Origin: Octopus bimaculoides
Lineage: Eukaryota
DNA: 52,657 nt
Assembly (NCBI RefSeq): GCF_001194135.2
Contig: NC_068986.1
Coordinates: 3,225,453 to 3,278,109, forward strand
Direction: 5' to 3'
In this document: in pieces, positions 35,741 to 47,089 of the stretch
How the letters are laid out: every line of letters starts with the position of its first letter
Numbering within the stretch: the first letter of the stretch is position 1
Made by a program: the position numbers and the translations under genes
Notes under the pieces: generated by a model
The model's input: the letters and a program-made list of their open reading frames with translations, nothing else
What the model was told of the DNA's origin: nothing
Databases searched by the model: none

Positions 35741-36774
35741 CTGTAGAATTCATAAGAAATTGAATTATATACAAATCCTTCAGTTTGAGTTTTATATGGA
35801 TTATTAAAATGTGATTTAAAATTTTAAGCTTAGAAGTTAATTAAGGATTGTAAAATACCTTTATCTTTTAATCATTTAGGTATCCTAATTAACGTTTGAG
35901 CATGTCACTTTGACCATATGAAATATTTTACAGTTAAATATTTAGACTGCCAACTGACAGGAAGCTTAGGGGTAGACCAAGAATGAGATGGTTGAATAAT
36001 ATCCATAGTCTCAGATCATGCTTGAGAATCGAGTTGGAAAGTGCAATGATGATTGCTTCTATAGAGAAGAAGCCTGACCATTCTACTCTCATACCCTCCA
36101 AGAAATAGGGGGAAAATGCCAAAAAATGGATGGATGGATGGAACATGGTGTGACAATCTGAATTAGCTATTGTCAACTTTCATCTCTCTCTACAAGCTTT
36201 TGACAAATCTCTTTTTGATGGTCACCATACTTAAAGGGTTAAACAAGCTGTCAATAGTAGTTATTAGGTCTATCTTCCTTATTTGCTCTGCTCATTGCTG
36301 GATATTTGACTCAATTACTCAATGACTTGTTATTTCAGGCTATGAATATCCACCACTGAGTAATCACCTCATGTTTTTTAAATGAGACCAAAGAAATTAT
36401 GTTTCTCTCATAGGATTAATCTCGTAAAAGACTGTTTTGTTTAGAGTAGCCTTGTAATACAAATTAAATTCAACACTGGAAACCAATGGATCACTTGTAA
36501 ATTTTACATGATCATTGTTGTCAGCAGCGGCAATTATTTTTTTTATCTTGTCTTTTTTAATCTAAAGTGAATTGTGCTATTTTAACATGGGTTACAGCAT
36601 ACAGCCTTTACTCTATTTAAAATTGTTCAGTCAGTGAAAGAACTAGCAGAACAGTTTCAGTATAATCATCTTCAATGATTATATAGAAACTGGTATCTTC
36701 TGTAGTAGTGAGAAACTCTATCAGAAGAGATACACACTAGACTGTTTTCTCCACAAAATAAATAAATGATTGAC

Positions 36775-36960
36775 CTTTTTCAGTTATTGGACTGCAACCC
36801 TGCTGAGACACTATCTTCAAGGGTTTAGTTAAACAAATTGACCTCAGTACTTAGTTTTCCAGTCTGACAATTATTTTATTGGTCTCATGCTGATCACTAA
36901 GTTATGTGGATGTAAACAAACCAACACCGAGTACCAAGTAGTGGTGGTGGTGGTGGAGGG
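36775..36960 (-). mobile_element. SINE family A, degenerate 3' half
   Basis: tttcagttattggactgcaaccctgctgag...aaacaaattgacctcagtac...taagttatgtggatgtaaacaaacc. Confidence 0.65.
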
Positions 36961-37021
36961 ATAATCACAGACTCTGTCACACACACATACACACACTAAT
37001 TTCTTTAGATATATCACTTAC

Positions 37022-37221
37022 CAATAAAGTCTGAGAGAGCCTTTAAATCTTCCATTGCAATATGTTCCACTTCTGAAGGAGTGTGTCGACCCATACCTTG
37101 GCAGTAAGCCTGTTTCTTAACCATTCTTCTAATCCTCCAGACAATAAATCTCGGAGCAGGGATCACAGTTCTCAGAGTTGGGTCAGAATAACTATATACC
37201 CATCGACTGAGAGCCAAAGCC
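37022..37221 (-). CDS. FAXC: FAX/FAXC-like protein, coding exon 4
   Basis: Acceptor cttatcttgaag, donor G|gtaagt, 200 nt (phase 2 to 1). Encodes (W)ALALSRWVYSYSDPTLRTVIPAPRFIVWRIRRMVKKQAYCQGMGRHTPSEVEHIAMEDLKALSDFI, with the GMGRH...E......DL.ALS..LG motif. Confidence 0.95.
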
Positions 37222-37261
37222 CTTCAAGATAAGATAAAGATAATGATAATGATAATAATAA

Positions 37262-37713
37262 TAACCCTTTCTACTATAGGCACAAGGCCTGAAATTTGGG
37301 CGAGCGGGATAGTCGATTACATCAACGCCATTACTCAACTGGTACTTGATTTATCGACCTCGAAAGGATGAAAAGCAAACTCAACCTAAGTGGAATTTGA
37401 ACTCAGAACATAGCGATGGGCGAAATACTGCTAAGCATTCCATCCAGCATGCTAACAATTCTGCTAGGTTGTTGCCTTAATAATAATAATAATAATAATT
37501 TCAAATTTTTGCCACAAGGGCAGCCTGGGGAGGTGGGGATGAGTCGATTACATCGACCCCAGTGTTCAACTGGTACTTTATTATATCAACCCTGAAAGGA
37601 TGAAAGGTAAAGCTGACCTTGGTGGAATTTGAACTCAGAACATTAAAGATGCGAAATACTGCTAAGCATTTCACCCGATGGGCTAATGATTCTGCCAGCT
37701 CAATAATAATAAC

Positions 37714-37754
<41 letters not shown>

Positions 37755-38160
37755 TAATGGTTTCAAGTTTTGGCACAATGCCAGCAAGTTCGGGGTGGTG
37801 AGGAGTAAGTCGATTACATTGACTCCCAGTGTTCAACTAGTACTTATTTTTATCAACCCTAAACGGATGAAAGGTAAAGTTGACCTTGGTGGAATTTGAA
37901 CTCAGAACATTAAAGATGAATGAAATGCTGTTAAGCATTTTGCCTGGCATGCTAACAGTTCTGCCATTGTCAAATTTTGGCACAAGGACAGTAGTTTCGG
38001 GGAAGGGAGTAAGTCGATTACATTGACCCCAGTGTTTAACTGGTACTTATTTTATCAACCTCGAAAGGGTGAAACGTAAACATGACCTCTGCAGAATTTG
38101 ACCTCTGAATGTAAAGACAGACGAAATGCTGCTAAGCTTTTTTCCCAGTATGCTAATTGT
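37262..38160 (-). mobile_element. Head-to-tail array of four SINE family B copies with (AAT)n spacers
   Basis: Units begin at ~37262, ~37500, ~37760 and ~37968, with (AAT)n at 37481-37500 and 37702-37757; all in the same orientation. Confidence 0.88.
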
Positions 38161-38892
38161 CCTATTGTAACAACAACAACAAGCAACAAATGGTGAAAGA
38201 AATATAGTTTTCAAAAAAATTTTTAAAATAAAGTTAAAAGGCAGATTATGCAAATTTCTGTCAATCTAATTCACCTGGCTAATTAACAAATTAGCAATAT
38301 TGACTGGAAGTGTTTAACCACAAAGTTAACTAACACACTATACTGACAATCATCTATTGAAGAAACTCTATTTTACAATTGTAAAATAGTGACCAGGTAT
38401 AATATCTTGCCGTATTTGTTTTAAATACCCACACTGTGGGTTCAAATCTTGCCAAGGTCAAATTTACAACTTATCCCTTCAGTGAAGATTGGAGGATTTT
38501 TTTCAGCACTTTGCATTCTGAGTTCAAATAAAACCACGCCCACCCTCTGTGATAGACTTAATCCGTCACCCAGTTCGATACTGGTACTTTGACGGACCTC
38601 AGTCTATAGTAAGTATTTGGGTCAGGTCTCGGTTTAAAGATTAACTTCTTCCCTTCCGTAAACCAGTCTTGAAGGTCCTGGCGAAAAAAATTTAAAACAT
38701 TATGCATTTAAAATTACATTTGATCCTAATACATACTCAAGGGAGGTAAAACCCAATATGTATATTTTAGAGTAATCTCCCTTGACGCAAATAGCTAGTT
38801 GTTTACTATATTATTTTCTATTATATTTTTATTCATTTATTGATTTCAGTCATTTGACTGCGGCCGTACTGTACCATCTTTAGAAAATGGAA

Positions 38893-39011
38893 TGCTTACA
38901 GCACCTAGGTTTCCCGAGCGGTCACCCATCTAAGTACTAGCTAGGCTCGATATTGCTTAACCTCGGTGATCGGACGAGAACCGATGCTTTCAACGTGATA
39001 TGGCCGTATAC
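38893..39011 (-). rRNA. Solitary full-length 5S rRNA copy, diverged (probable pseudogene)
   Basis: Minus strand: gtatacggccatatcacgttgaaagcatcggttctcgtccgatcaccgaggttaagcaatatcgagcctagctagtacttagatgggtgaccgctcgggaaacctaggtgctgtaagca (119 nt), colinear with molluscan 5S as I recall it. A TTTT run lies ~7 nt downstream. No tandem 5S repeat nearby. Confidence 0.92.
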
Positions 39012-39020
39012 GTATGTTAT

Positions 39021-39425
39021 ATGAAAACATTTGGCACACGGCCAGCAATTGCGGCGAAGGGTGCAAGTCGATTACATCGACCCAGTGCTCAACTGGTACC
39101 TATTTTATTGACTCTGAAAGGCTGAAAGACAAAGTCGGCCCAGGCAGAATTTGAACTCAGAAAGTTAAGATAGACGGAATGCTGCAAAGCGTTTCGCCCG
39201 GCGTACTAAATATTCTTTTCTACTATAGGCACAAGGCCTGGAATTTGAGGGGAGGGGGATAGTCGAGTACATCGAGCCCAGTACTTGACTGGTACTTAAT
39301 GTATCGACCCCGAAAGGATAAAAAGCAAAGACGACCTCGACGGAATTTGAACTCAGAACGTAGCAGCAGACGAAATACTGCGAGGCATTTCGCTCGGCGT
39401 GCTAACGATTCTGCCAGCTCGTCGT
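39021..39425 (-). mobile_element. Two tandem SINE family B copies
   Basis: ttggcacacggccagc...gtcgattacatcgac... at ~39031 and ggcacaaggcctg...gctaacgattctgccagctcgtcg at ~39228-39424. Confidence 0.85.
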
Positions 39426-39679
39426 TCAGTATAGAGCGTAATATCAATTAATAAATGGATGAGAAAATGAAATTTAACTCCTGTTTTCTGATCATTCATT
39501 TATTAATTGCTACAAACGTTTAAGATGTTTGACGTCTACATCATCAAGAACACATTACATTATAATTTAAATGTCTTTAAATGGAAAAGAAATTTACAGT
39601 AAAAAGAAACAATCTTATGCATCTCATCAAAGGTCGTCCCATAGAACACCCTAAAAAGAAAGAAAGAAAGAACGATTAC

Positions 39680-39876
39680 CAATACAAGTTCTCTTCTATC
39701 ATTTTCTGCATGGCTCTAGCAACACCACGTTGTTCCTCCGAGAGATGACTGTTTAAATCAAGGTTGAATTTCTTATTTAAATACTCGATTATAAACTGTG
39801 AGTCACTGACAACTTCTCCATTGTATGTAATCCAAGGTGTTTTATGTTTTGGTGACATCTCATAGGTATATTCAAC
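39680..39876 (-). CDS. FAXC: FAX/FAXC-like protein, coding exon 3
   Basis: Acceptor tattgctag, donor TG|gtaatc, 197 nt (phase 0 to 2). Encodes VEYTYEMSPKHKTPWITYNGEVVSDSQFIIEYLNKKFNLDLNSHLSEEQRGVARAMQKMIEENLY, with the K.PWI.YNG....DSQFIIEYL GST-N/metaxin motif. Confidence 0.96.
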
Positions 39877-41452
39877 CTAGCAATATAGATAGATAGATTT
39901 AATATTAGGATAAATACTTTATAAGAATTTATCAAGTAGTTAGTGTGAAAAAACCTCATAAGGAAAAAAAAAAACCATAATTTTTTTCCATTAATATATA
40001 TAACTTAATTTATATAAGGGCATTACTATACAATAATGCCTCACGCTTAGAGGGACTCCATAAGTCAAGACTACCGAAATAAGCACATTTTACCTCTAAG
40101 CATGAGGTATTATTGTATAGTAATGCCCTTATATAAACTAAATTATAGATAGATAGATAGATAGATAGATATCGTCAGTGGATCACACATCCATAAAAGT
40201 ACACTCTAAAACATTAGAGCAGTAATGTATTGATAGGAAGTTCATTTTTGGCTGGTCATCTGGTTTTGCCTCTATCAAGCGTTTAGCATTATAGATGGTT
40301 CACCAGACTCTCATGCCAATGGTCATCAGAATCCAATGAGCCGCCTATAAGACTTAGTACTTTATAGATGCAAAACCATTGGTCACTCTATGACCAGCCA
40401 TATAATTAACTTCCTATAAACAGAACATGACACCCATTTAGCATTGGTATCATGAAAAAAAAAACTCAATCTGTACATTGGTTTAAGGAGTTAGTGTAAG
40501 AAAGGGCATCTAGCTGCAGAAACTATGCCAAAAATGAAACATGAGCAACCTGTTGATGTATACTTCACTATGAAATGAACTGACTCTACCGAAAATGCTG
40601 ATGATAATAATAACAATCATGAAATTATTATGTATAGTGCTCAGGTGCACTGCAACTCATCAAAGGTGCGTGTACAGTACATAGAATTATGTACAAAAGT
40701 CAAGAAAGTGAACAGTGTATGAATCATGATATACATGTGTGCATGCATATGGAGTTGGGGATATCAGGTGTAGTGTTTGTGGTGTTATGGGCTGTGACGA
40801 ACTATGTGTTGTGGTGGAGAGGGGTGANNNNNNNNNNNNNNNNNNNNNNNNNNNNNNNNNNNNNNNNNNNNNNNNNNNNNNNNNNNNNNNNNNNNNNNNN
40901 NNNNNNNNNNNNNNNNNNNNNNNNNNNGATCAATCAGAACATCCAACCATTAGTATTGATAATAGTAGCTAAACAACAATAACTCTTGCTGTTGCTGCTG
41001 CTGCTTCTGATGCTACAACTAAGCTATTATGTGGTTGTTTAGTCTTCTGGAAATGGCAACCAAATATTCTTAAGATTTCACTCTACCATCTTAAAAAAAG
41101 AAGGAAGGGTACATTGATATAATGTAGTCCTGTGTATACTATGCCTGGAAAAGACAAGATGGTTATAGATGGAATGCTTCCAATCATAGGTCTGAACAAT
41201 CAGGAGAGGCAGCCTGGAGTTAAACATCAATAACAACAGCAACAACAATAAAGCATCCCATATATCAGTAACACTCAATCTTTTTTTTTTTAATTTCATG
41301 GCACAAAATTATCTCCATCAAATTCATTATTTAAAGAGTGTTTTCTATCCTGGCATGGGTTGGACACTCAGGATAAAACTGAGAATTATTGGTACACTTT
41401 GCATAGAAAGTTAAAAAACAAAGAGCTAAAAAAAATTCAAATTTTGTAAAAG

Positions 41453-41810
41453 TGTGGCGTTATGGGCTGTGACGAGCTATGTGTTGAGGTGGAGAGGGGT
41501 GAGGCAAACAGAGGTGAAGCCAGACCGGAAGGGCCAAACCGGAAGGGTCAGATCGGAAGTCGGTGACACGCGGTAGAAGGCTAGCACGTGGGGCCAGTGA
41601 GAAAACAGCGACGTTACGAGAAATACGTGTTCTGATTAGGAGCGATCGTGTACCCTGCTGCGGTCGGCAAGGTAAGGTCCAACGCTTCATTCTGTCCTTT
41701 TGCTTCTTGTTGTCTTCTTCCGCCATCGCACCACAGTGTTAGCGAATTTCAGGAAGTCCGGAGGTTTTAAAGGATGCCATGTCTCGGCAACTAACAACCG
41801 ATGCAAATGG
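41453..41810 (+). mobile_element. Possible solo-LTR-like GC-rich element
   Basis: Starts TGT. Its first 50 bp recur at 40778-40827 (47/50 identical), immediately before a 100-N gap. The right end is not defined. Confidence 0.35.
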
Positions 41811-41833
41811 ATTATAACTATGTATGTATGCAC

Positions 41834-42000
41834 ATCATCATCATCATCATTTAACGTCCGCTTTCCATGCTGGCATGGGCTGAACAGTCTGACATGGAGC
41901 TGGCTAGCTGAGAGCTGTCCAGACTCCAGTTGTCTGTAGTGGAATGATTTCTACAGCTGGACGCCCTTCCTAATGCCAACCACTTAACATGCATATATAT
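41834..42000 (-). mobile_element. Repeat family D copy
   Basis: catcatcatcatttaacgtccgctttccatgctggcatggg...ttctacagctggacgcccttcctaatgccaaccac. Confidence 0.75.
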
Positions 42001-42553
42001 AAATATATATGCATATGTGTGTGTATGGTTGCATGCGTGTGTGTGTGTGTAAGCATGTGCATGCATGTGTGTGTGTTTGTGTGTGCATGGATATGTTTGT
42101 TTCCATGTGTCTTTGGTGTGACACCACTTAGGCAGCAGTGGTATTTATTTACTTCCCCCACTTAAGTGATATACCATATTGCTCGGTAGTTTGTAGAGCA
42201 AAGATCTTCTGATGTGAAGTACCATACTAGAAAACAAATAAATGCTGGCAACAAGAAAAGCATCCAGTCATAAGAATTGTTGTGAAAAACCCATGGGAGA
42301 AAAAGGCAGATATGAAAATTATGATGATGATGATGATGAATTCAGAAAATGAAAAATACAAAAATAAGTGAAACAGTACCAAACTCTGCATATATTATGT
42401 ATGATAATTAGATTTCAGAACAATCATTTTGCCCAGTGATGATAAATGATAGAGATACTAGTTTAAATTATATGAATATGGACAAATGTATGTAAAATTG
42501 TTAAGAATAATCTATAATGATGATAAAATGAAAAGAGAAAGATTGTGAGGTTA

Positions 42554-42694
<141 letters not shown>

Positions 42695-43016
42695 TTAGAA
42701 AAGAGTTTGATATAGACAATATTTATCAAATAATGTTTAAAATAATATAAAACATATGAATGCATCATCCAACATTCAGTACACGCACATACACACACGC
42801 ACATACACACACACACACAACACACACATATGTGCACACAGACACAGGGACAAAATTTTAAATACACATTAAAACTTAGACACGGGCATCGGTGTGCAGC
42901 TAAGGTCACCTTGCAGCCACACAGTTTTAGGTTCCATTTCACTGATCAGCACCCTGAGCAAATGTAATCTACTATAGACCTAGGCTGAACAATTGCCTTG
43001 TCAGTGCAAAAACCTG

Positions 43017-43126
<110 letters not shown>

Positions 43127-43339
43127 TTCTCTCTCTCATATACATATTTTAAAAAATTAATCATGCATTATCTCATGGCTTTGAGATATTAATCTTGTGA
43201 TTATTTATTTTTAGAGTGACATTGTATGGTAGATCTGGGTTTGAACATAAAACAGTTTGAAACTTTCGGCTTGACACAGTCAGTTTAAATACTAAAGGGT
43301 AAAAACGCAACATCTGACATAAAGCTAACATACTCAATC

Positions 43340-43660
43340 ATTATCATCATCATTATTTAACGTCTGCTTTCCATGCTGGCATGTATTGATTGGGTTAACA
43401 TGGAGCTGCCAGCTGGAGCTGTCCTGTCTGTTGTGGCATGGTTTCTATGACTGGATGCCCTTCCTAATGCCAACCACTTAACAGAATGTGCCGGGTGCAT
43501 TTACACCACACTGGCACAGATGCTTTTCATGTGGCACTGGCACTTGAAACGACAGGCCTGTACATGTGGAAGATGGTGGTTTTACTTAGTTTGATGCATC
43601 TTATCAAGTACATCTAATTGCCACATCTCCAAGTTCCTTGTCAATTCCTCGATGAGGTAA
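43340..43660 (-). mobile_element. Repeat family D copy
   Basis: ttatcatcatcattatttaacgtctgctttccatgctggcatg...tttctatgactggatgcccttcctaatgccaaccact. Confidence 0.7.
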
Positions 43661-44754
43661 CATACTCAATATAATAGCATAAAAACTTATCATTTAATTA
43701 AAATTACTTTCTCTGTGAGGGGAGGAGACTATAATTTCAATGAGCAATATCGTTCAAATATAGTCACAAGCAAATAGATGACAACTTCAGAAATTTTAAT
43801 TAATTATAAAAATATAATTTTGAAATGTGCATGCAATGAAGAGATGGATGACATTAGCTGTTGGCTCTGATAAAATTAATCTGATCTTTAGAAAAGCAAA
43901 GTGGCAACTCCTGACATTTCAAATTGTAAATTGTGCTAAATACATTTCATAGTCTACATTATAAATACTTGATCATCACATGCATTTGGTTGATCAATTG
44001 GGTCAGCTGATAGGTAGGAAGGTAGATAGGTAGGTAAGTAACTGGGAAGGCAGGTCAGTGACAGGTGGAATTTTACAATAAGAAAAGAAAATAAATGAAT
44101 AAATTAAATAAAAATTTTAGTATTTTTCCTTATTTTCTTCTCCCATTAGAAAATATTTTGACTGTGACCCAGATATGAACTTGATTCGTCAACTGATTAG
44201 CTTAGGTTCTTTCTTCAGTAGTTGCTAAACTGGGACACAAATCATTCATTTATGCATATAATCTTTGTTAATAAAAGACTGAGAACATTTTAATCCCATG
44301 AGCATTTTATGCTTTATTGTAAATGTATTCTTAAGAAATATCCAGTCTTGTCTTAGTAAATGACCCAGACTTTCTGTCTTTAAAAAAAAATGCCTTAGTT
44401 TTGTAACTTATCACAATCATCATCATTTTTACATGCATTAGCAGAGACAACTAGATGCCTATCCTTTCACTAATCCCTGCATGTTTCTAGTAAGGTCTCC
44501 TTCTCTGCTGTTTTTTAGACTTGAACTGCTCAACAGAAAGACATAATTTTTTCATCTTCTTTTCTTTTTTAATGGAAAATGTAATCAACAACACTCTCTA
44601 TGCAGTGAAACTCTTTCAAGCAACACATAAGCAATATTAAAACGCAGCACAACACAAACACACACGCTCTCTCTCTCGCTCACACACACACACATACATA
44701 CACATGCATATATATCTTCTCACACATACATACACACATGACAAGCTTTCTTAA

Positions 44755-45146
44755 GTCTACTTGTTGGCACTCCGCCGCTTACGACGTCGAGGGTCCCAGT
44801 TGATCCGATCAACGGAACAGCCTGCTCGTGAAATTAACGTGCAAGTGGCTGAGCACTCCACAGACACGTGTACCCTTCACGTAGTTCTCAGGGATATTCA
44901 TCGTGACACAGAGTGTGACAAGGCTGACCCTTTGAATTACAGGTACAACAGAAACAGAAAGTAAGAGCGAAAGAAAATTGTGGTGGAAGAGTACAGCAGG
45001 GTCTTCCACCATCCCCTACCGGAGCCTCGTGGAGCTTTAGGTGTTTTCGCTCAATAAACACTCACAATGCCCGGTCTGGGAATCGAAACCACGATCCTAT
45101 GACTGTGAGTCCGCTGCCCTAACCACTGGGCCATTGCGCCTCCACT
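44755..45146 (-). mobile_element. Well-preserved tRNA-derived SINE of a further family (resembles octopus OR/OK-type SINEs)
   Basis: Minus strand begins agtggaggcgcaatggcccagtggttagggcagcggactcacagtcataggatcgtggtttcgattcccagaccggg (A box, B box), followed by ~320 nt of non-tRNA body. The family name is from memory. Confidence 0.8.
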
Positions 45147-45227
45147 TAAGCCTTCTATGAAATGAAGAAATGAAAATTGTAAAAGTGTTTCATAAATTTA
45201 GTTGCTAAGATACGAAAACTATTTTAC

Positions 45228-45361
45228 CTTCTGCATTTGCATCGTTTAAGAACAAAAAGAAGACCTGAAACAGTAACCACACCAACTCCAATAGCAACAG
45301 CCCAATTGGACATTCTGTTGCTTTGGTTCCAGCAGTTCATATACCCAAATCTCATTCTCAT
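45228..45361 (-). CDS. FAXC: FAX/FAXC-like protein, first coding exon (N-terminal membrane anchor)
   Basis: Acceptor ttttctttttag at 45371, so the exon starts at 45370. In-frame ATGs at 45361, 45355, 45340 and 45313. Encodes MRMRFGYMNCWNQSNRMSNWAVAIGVGVVTVSGLLFVLKRCKCR; donor AG|gtaaaa (phase 2) fits the next exon. The true start is uncertain. Confidence 0.85.
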
Positions 45362-45895
45362 TTCTATTCCCTAAAAAGAAAAAGAAAATTAATATCATGG
45401 GACTAGAAAAATAGAAATTAAAGGTGAAACCATTTCTTTGGAATTTATCCCAGAGACATGGATTGAGTGACCTGGAAACAAAAACTTGGTAAAGAATATA
45501 TAACTCTGCTGCTATCTAGGATGTGGTGATATACATATAAAAATGGTAAAAATGGTGGCAACTATATATTGTGTATTCATATAAATTATGGATGCAATGG
45601 ATCATAAACAGATTGACAGAGAAAGACATTGCATATAGCAGATATGTTGGAGTAGTTAGCAGGAAGAGCAATTAGGAAATGAATACTTTCAACTATTGAG
45701 ATGGTCTTGCTAGATTAAATAGTTGACAATATTTATTACTTAGGTAATTGGCAATGGAGCTGGGTGTTGTGAAACAAAGTAACCAGACTAAGAATGGTTC
45801 ATGGATTTGTTACTAACTCCTACTGGAAACAAAGAGCTTCTTTTGCCTGTGAAAGGCAGATTGTATGATGTTCATGTATCTTGATTCCGTTAAAG

Positions 45896-46244
45896 CAGTG
45901 ATTCCCAATCTGGGACAAATCCCACCACTATTGAGTCATGGGAAAATTGTGGTGGGACATGGGATCCAAAAATTCTTTTTCTTTTTTTTTTATAGTTTAA
46001 AATGGAATAGTGAAAATCTTTTTTTCACAACAAACATACTATACCCTTACTCAGCCTACTACAGCTATAGCTCAAACCAATCCCTCCAGCGAAGCATACT
46101 ATGTAAAAACTGTTTGCTACAGTATAGCGCTATTCTAATGCCCTAGTGTGCATATTTCTTTAAGGATATTTCACCAGAGGGGTAAACATTTTTCTGGAAA
46201 GTTATAGTGGGGCCTGGGGGTGGGGAATAGATTGGAAATCATTG
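45896..46244. mobile_element. hAT (Charlie-like) MITE (349 bp)
   Basis: TIRs cagtgattcccaatct / agattggaaatcattg (14/16), with a degenerate 8-bp TSD cgttaaag / tgctaaag. Confidence 0.75.
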
Positions 46245-46824
46245 TGCTAAAGTCTTTCACATGATCAAATGCAGAATTTTATGTTATAAGCTGTAAAACA
46301 TTGGCATGATAAAAAGGCTGGGCATTTGGTTTTCTGATTTCATGAAAGACTGAAATCAAATGAGAGCTGTCAACTGAACCATAACCAAAAGGTCTGTTGT
46401 AATAAATTGAGTATCACAAGACACAATTCTGGGATTCCTTTCATTTCCCATAATGTTCTTAGATACAAAACAAAAATGTATACAACTGGTGCCACTCAAC
46501 AGCTATGCAGATGACACCGAAGTAATGCTAGATATTGAACCAAAGGATTTTATCTGCTGCTACCGACTTATGAGTTTTGCTAGCTCAGTAAAATATTCTT
46601 TGCTGAGAAGTTTTAATAAGATAGAAACCTGTCCTTCCCTTCCACTAGTTGGTGTTTGAAGATAAGATCTACTGCACTCTGCATTGTCTATTTTGTCAAA
46701 AATATTTCAACCACTGCAGCATATTAGAGTTATTTCTCTTATTTGCTGTTTTTAGATTTTAAAACTCACCCAGAGGGAGTTCTGTCTACTAACTGCTTGG
46801 ATAACTTTAGTTCCTTTATTCTTT

Positions 46825-47030
46825 TTTCTTGTTTCAGTCATTTGACTGCAGCCATGCTGGAGCACCGCTTTTTAGTCAAACAAATTGACCCCAGGACTTA
46901 TTCTTTGTAAGCCTAGCACTTATTCTATCGGTCTCTTTTGCTGAATCGCTAAGTGACGGGCACGTAAACACACCAGTATCGATTGTCAAGCAATGTTGGG
47001 GGAACAAACACAGACACACAATCATACACG
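46825..47030 (-). mobile_element. SINE family A, 3' half
   Basis: cttgtttcagtcatttgactgcagccatgctggagcaccgc...gaccccaggacttattctttgtaagcctag...ttgtcaagcaatgttgggg. Confidence 0.85.
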
Positions 47031-47055
47031 CACACACACACACACACATACATAT

Positions 47056-47089
<34 letters not shown>

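Noticed and set aside
44755-45146. tRNA gene calls for the tRNA-like heads (here and at 2700-2748, 7907, 10643, 49841)
   Set aside because: They have A/B boxes but no complete cloverleaf and continue into shared repeat bodies, so they are SINE heads.
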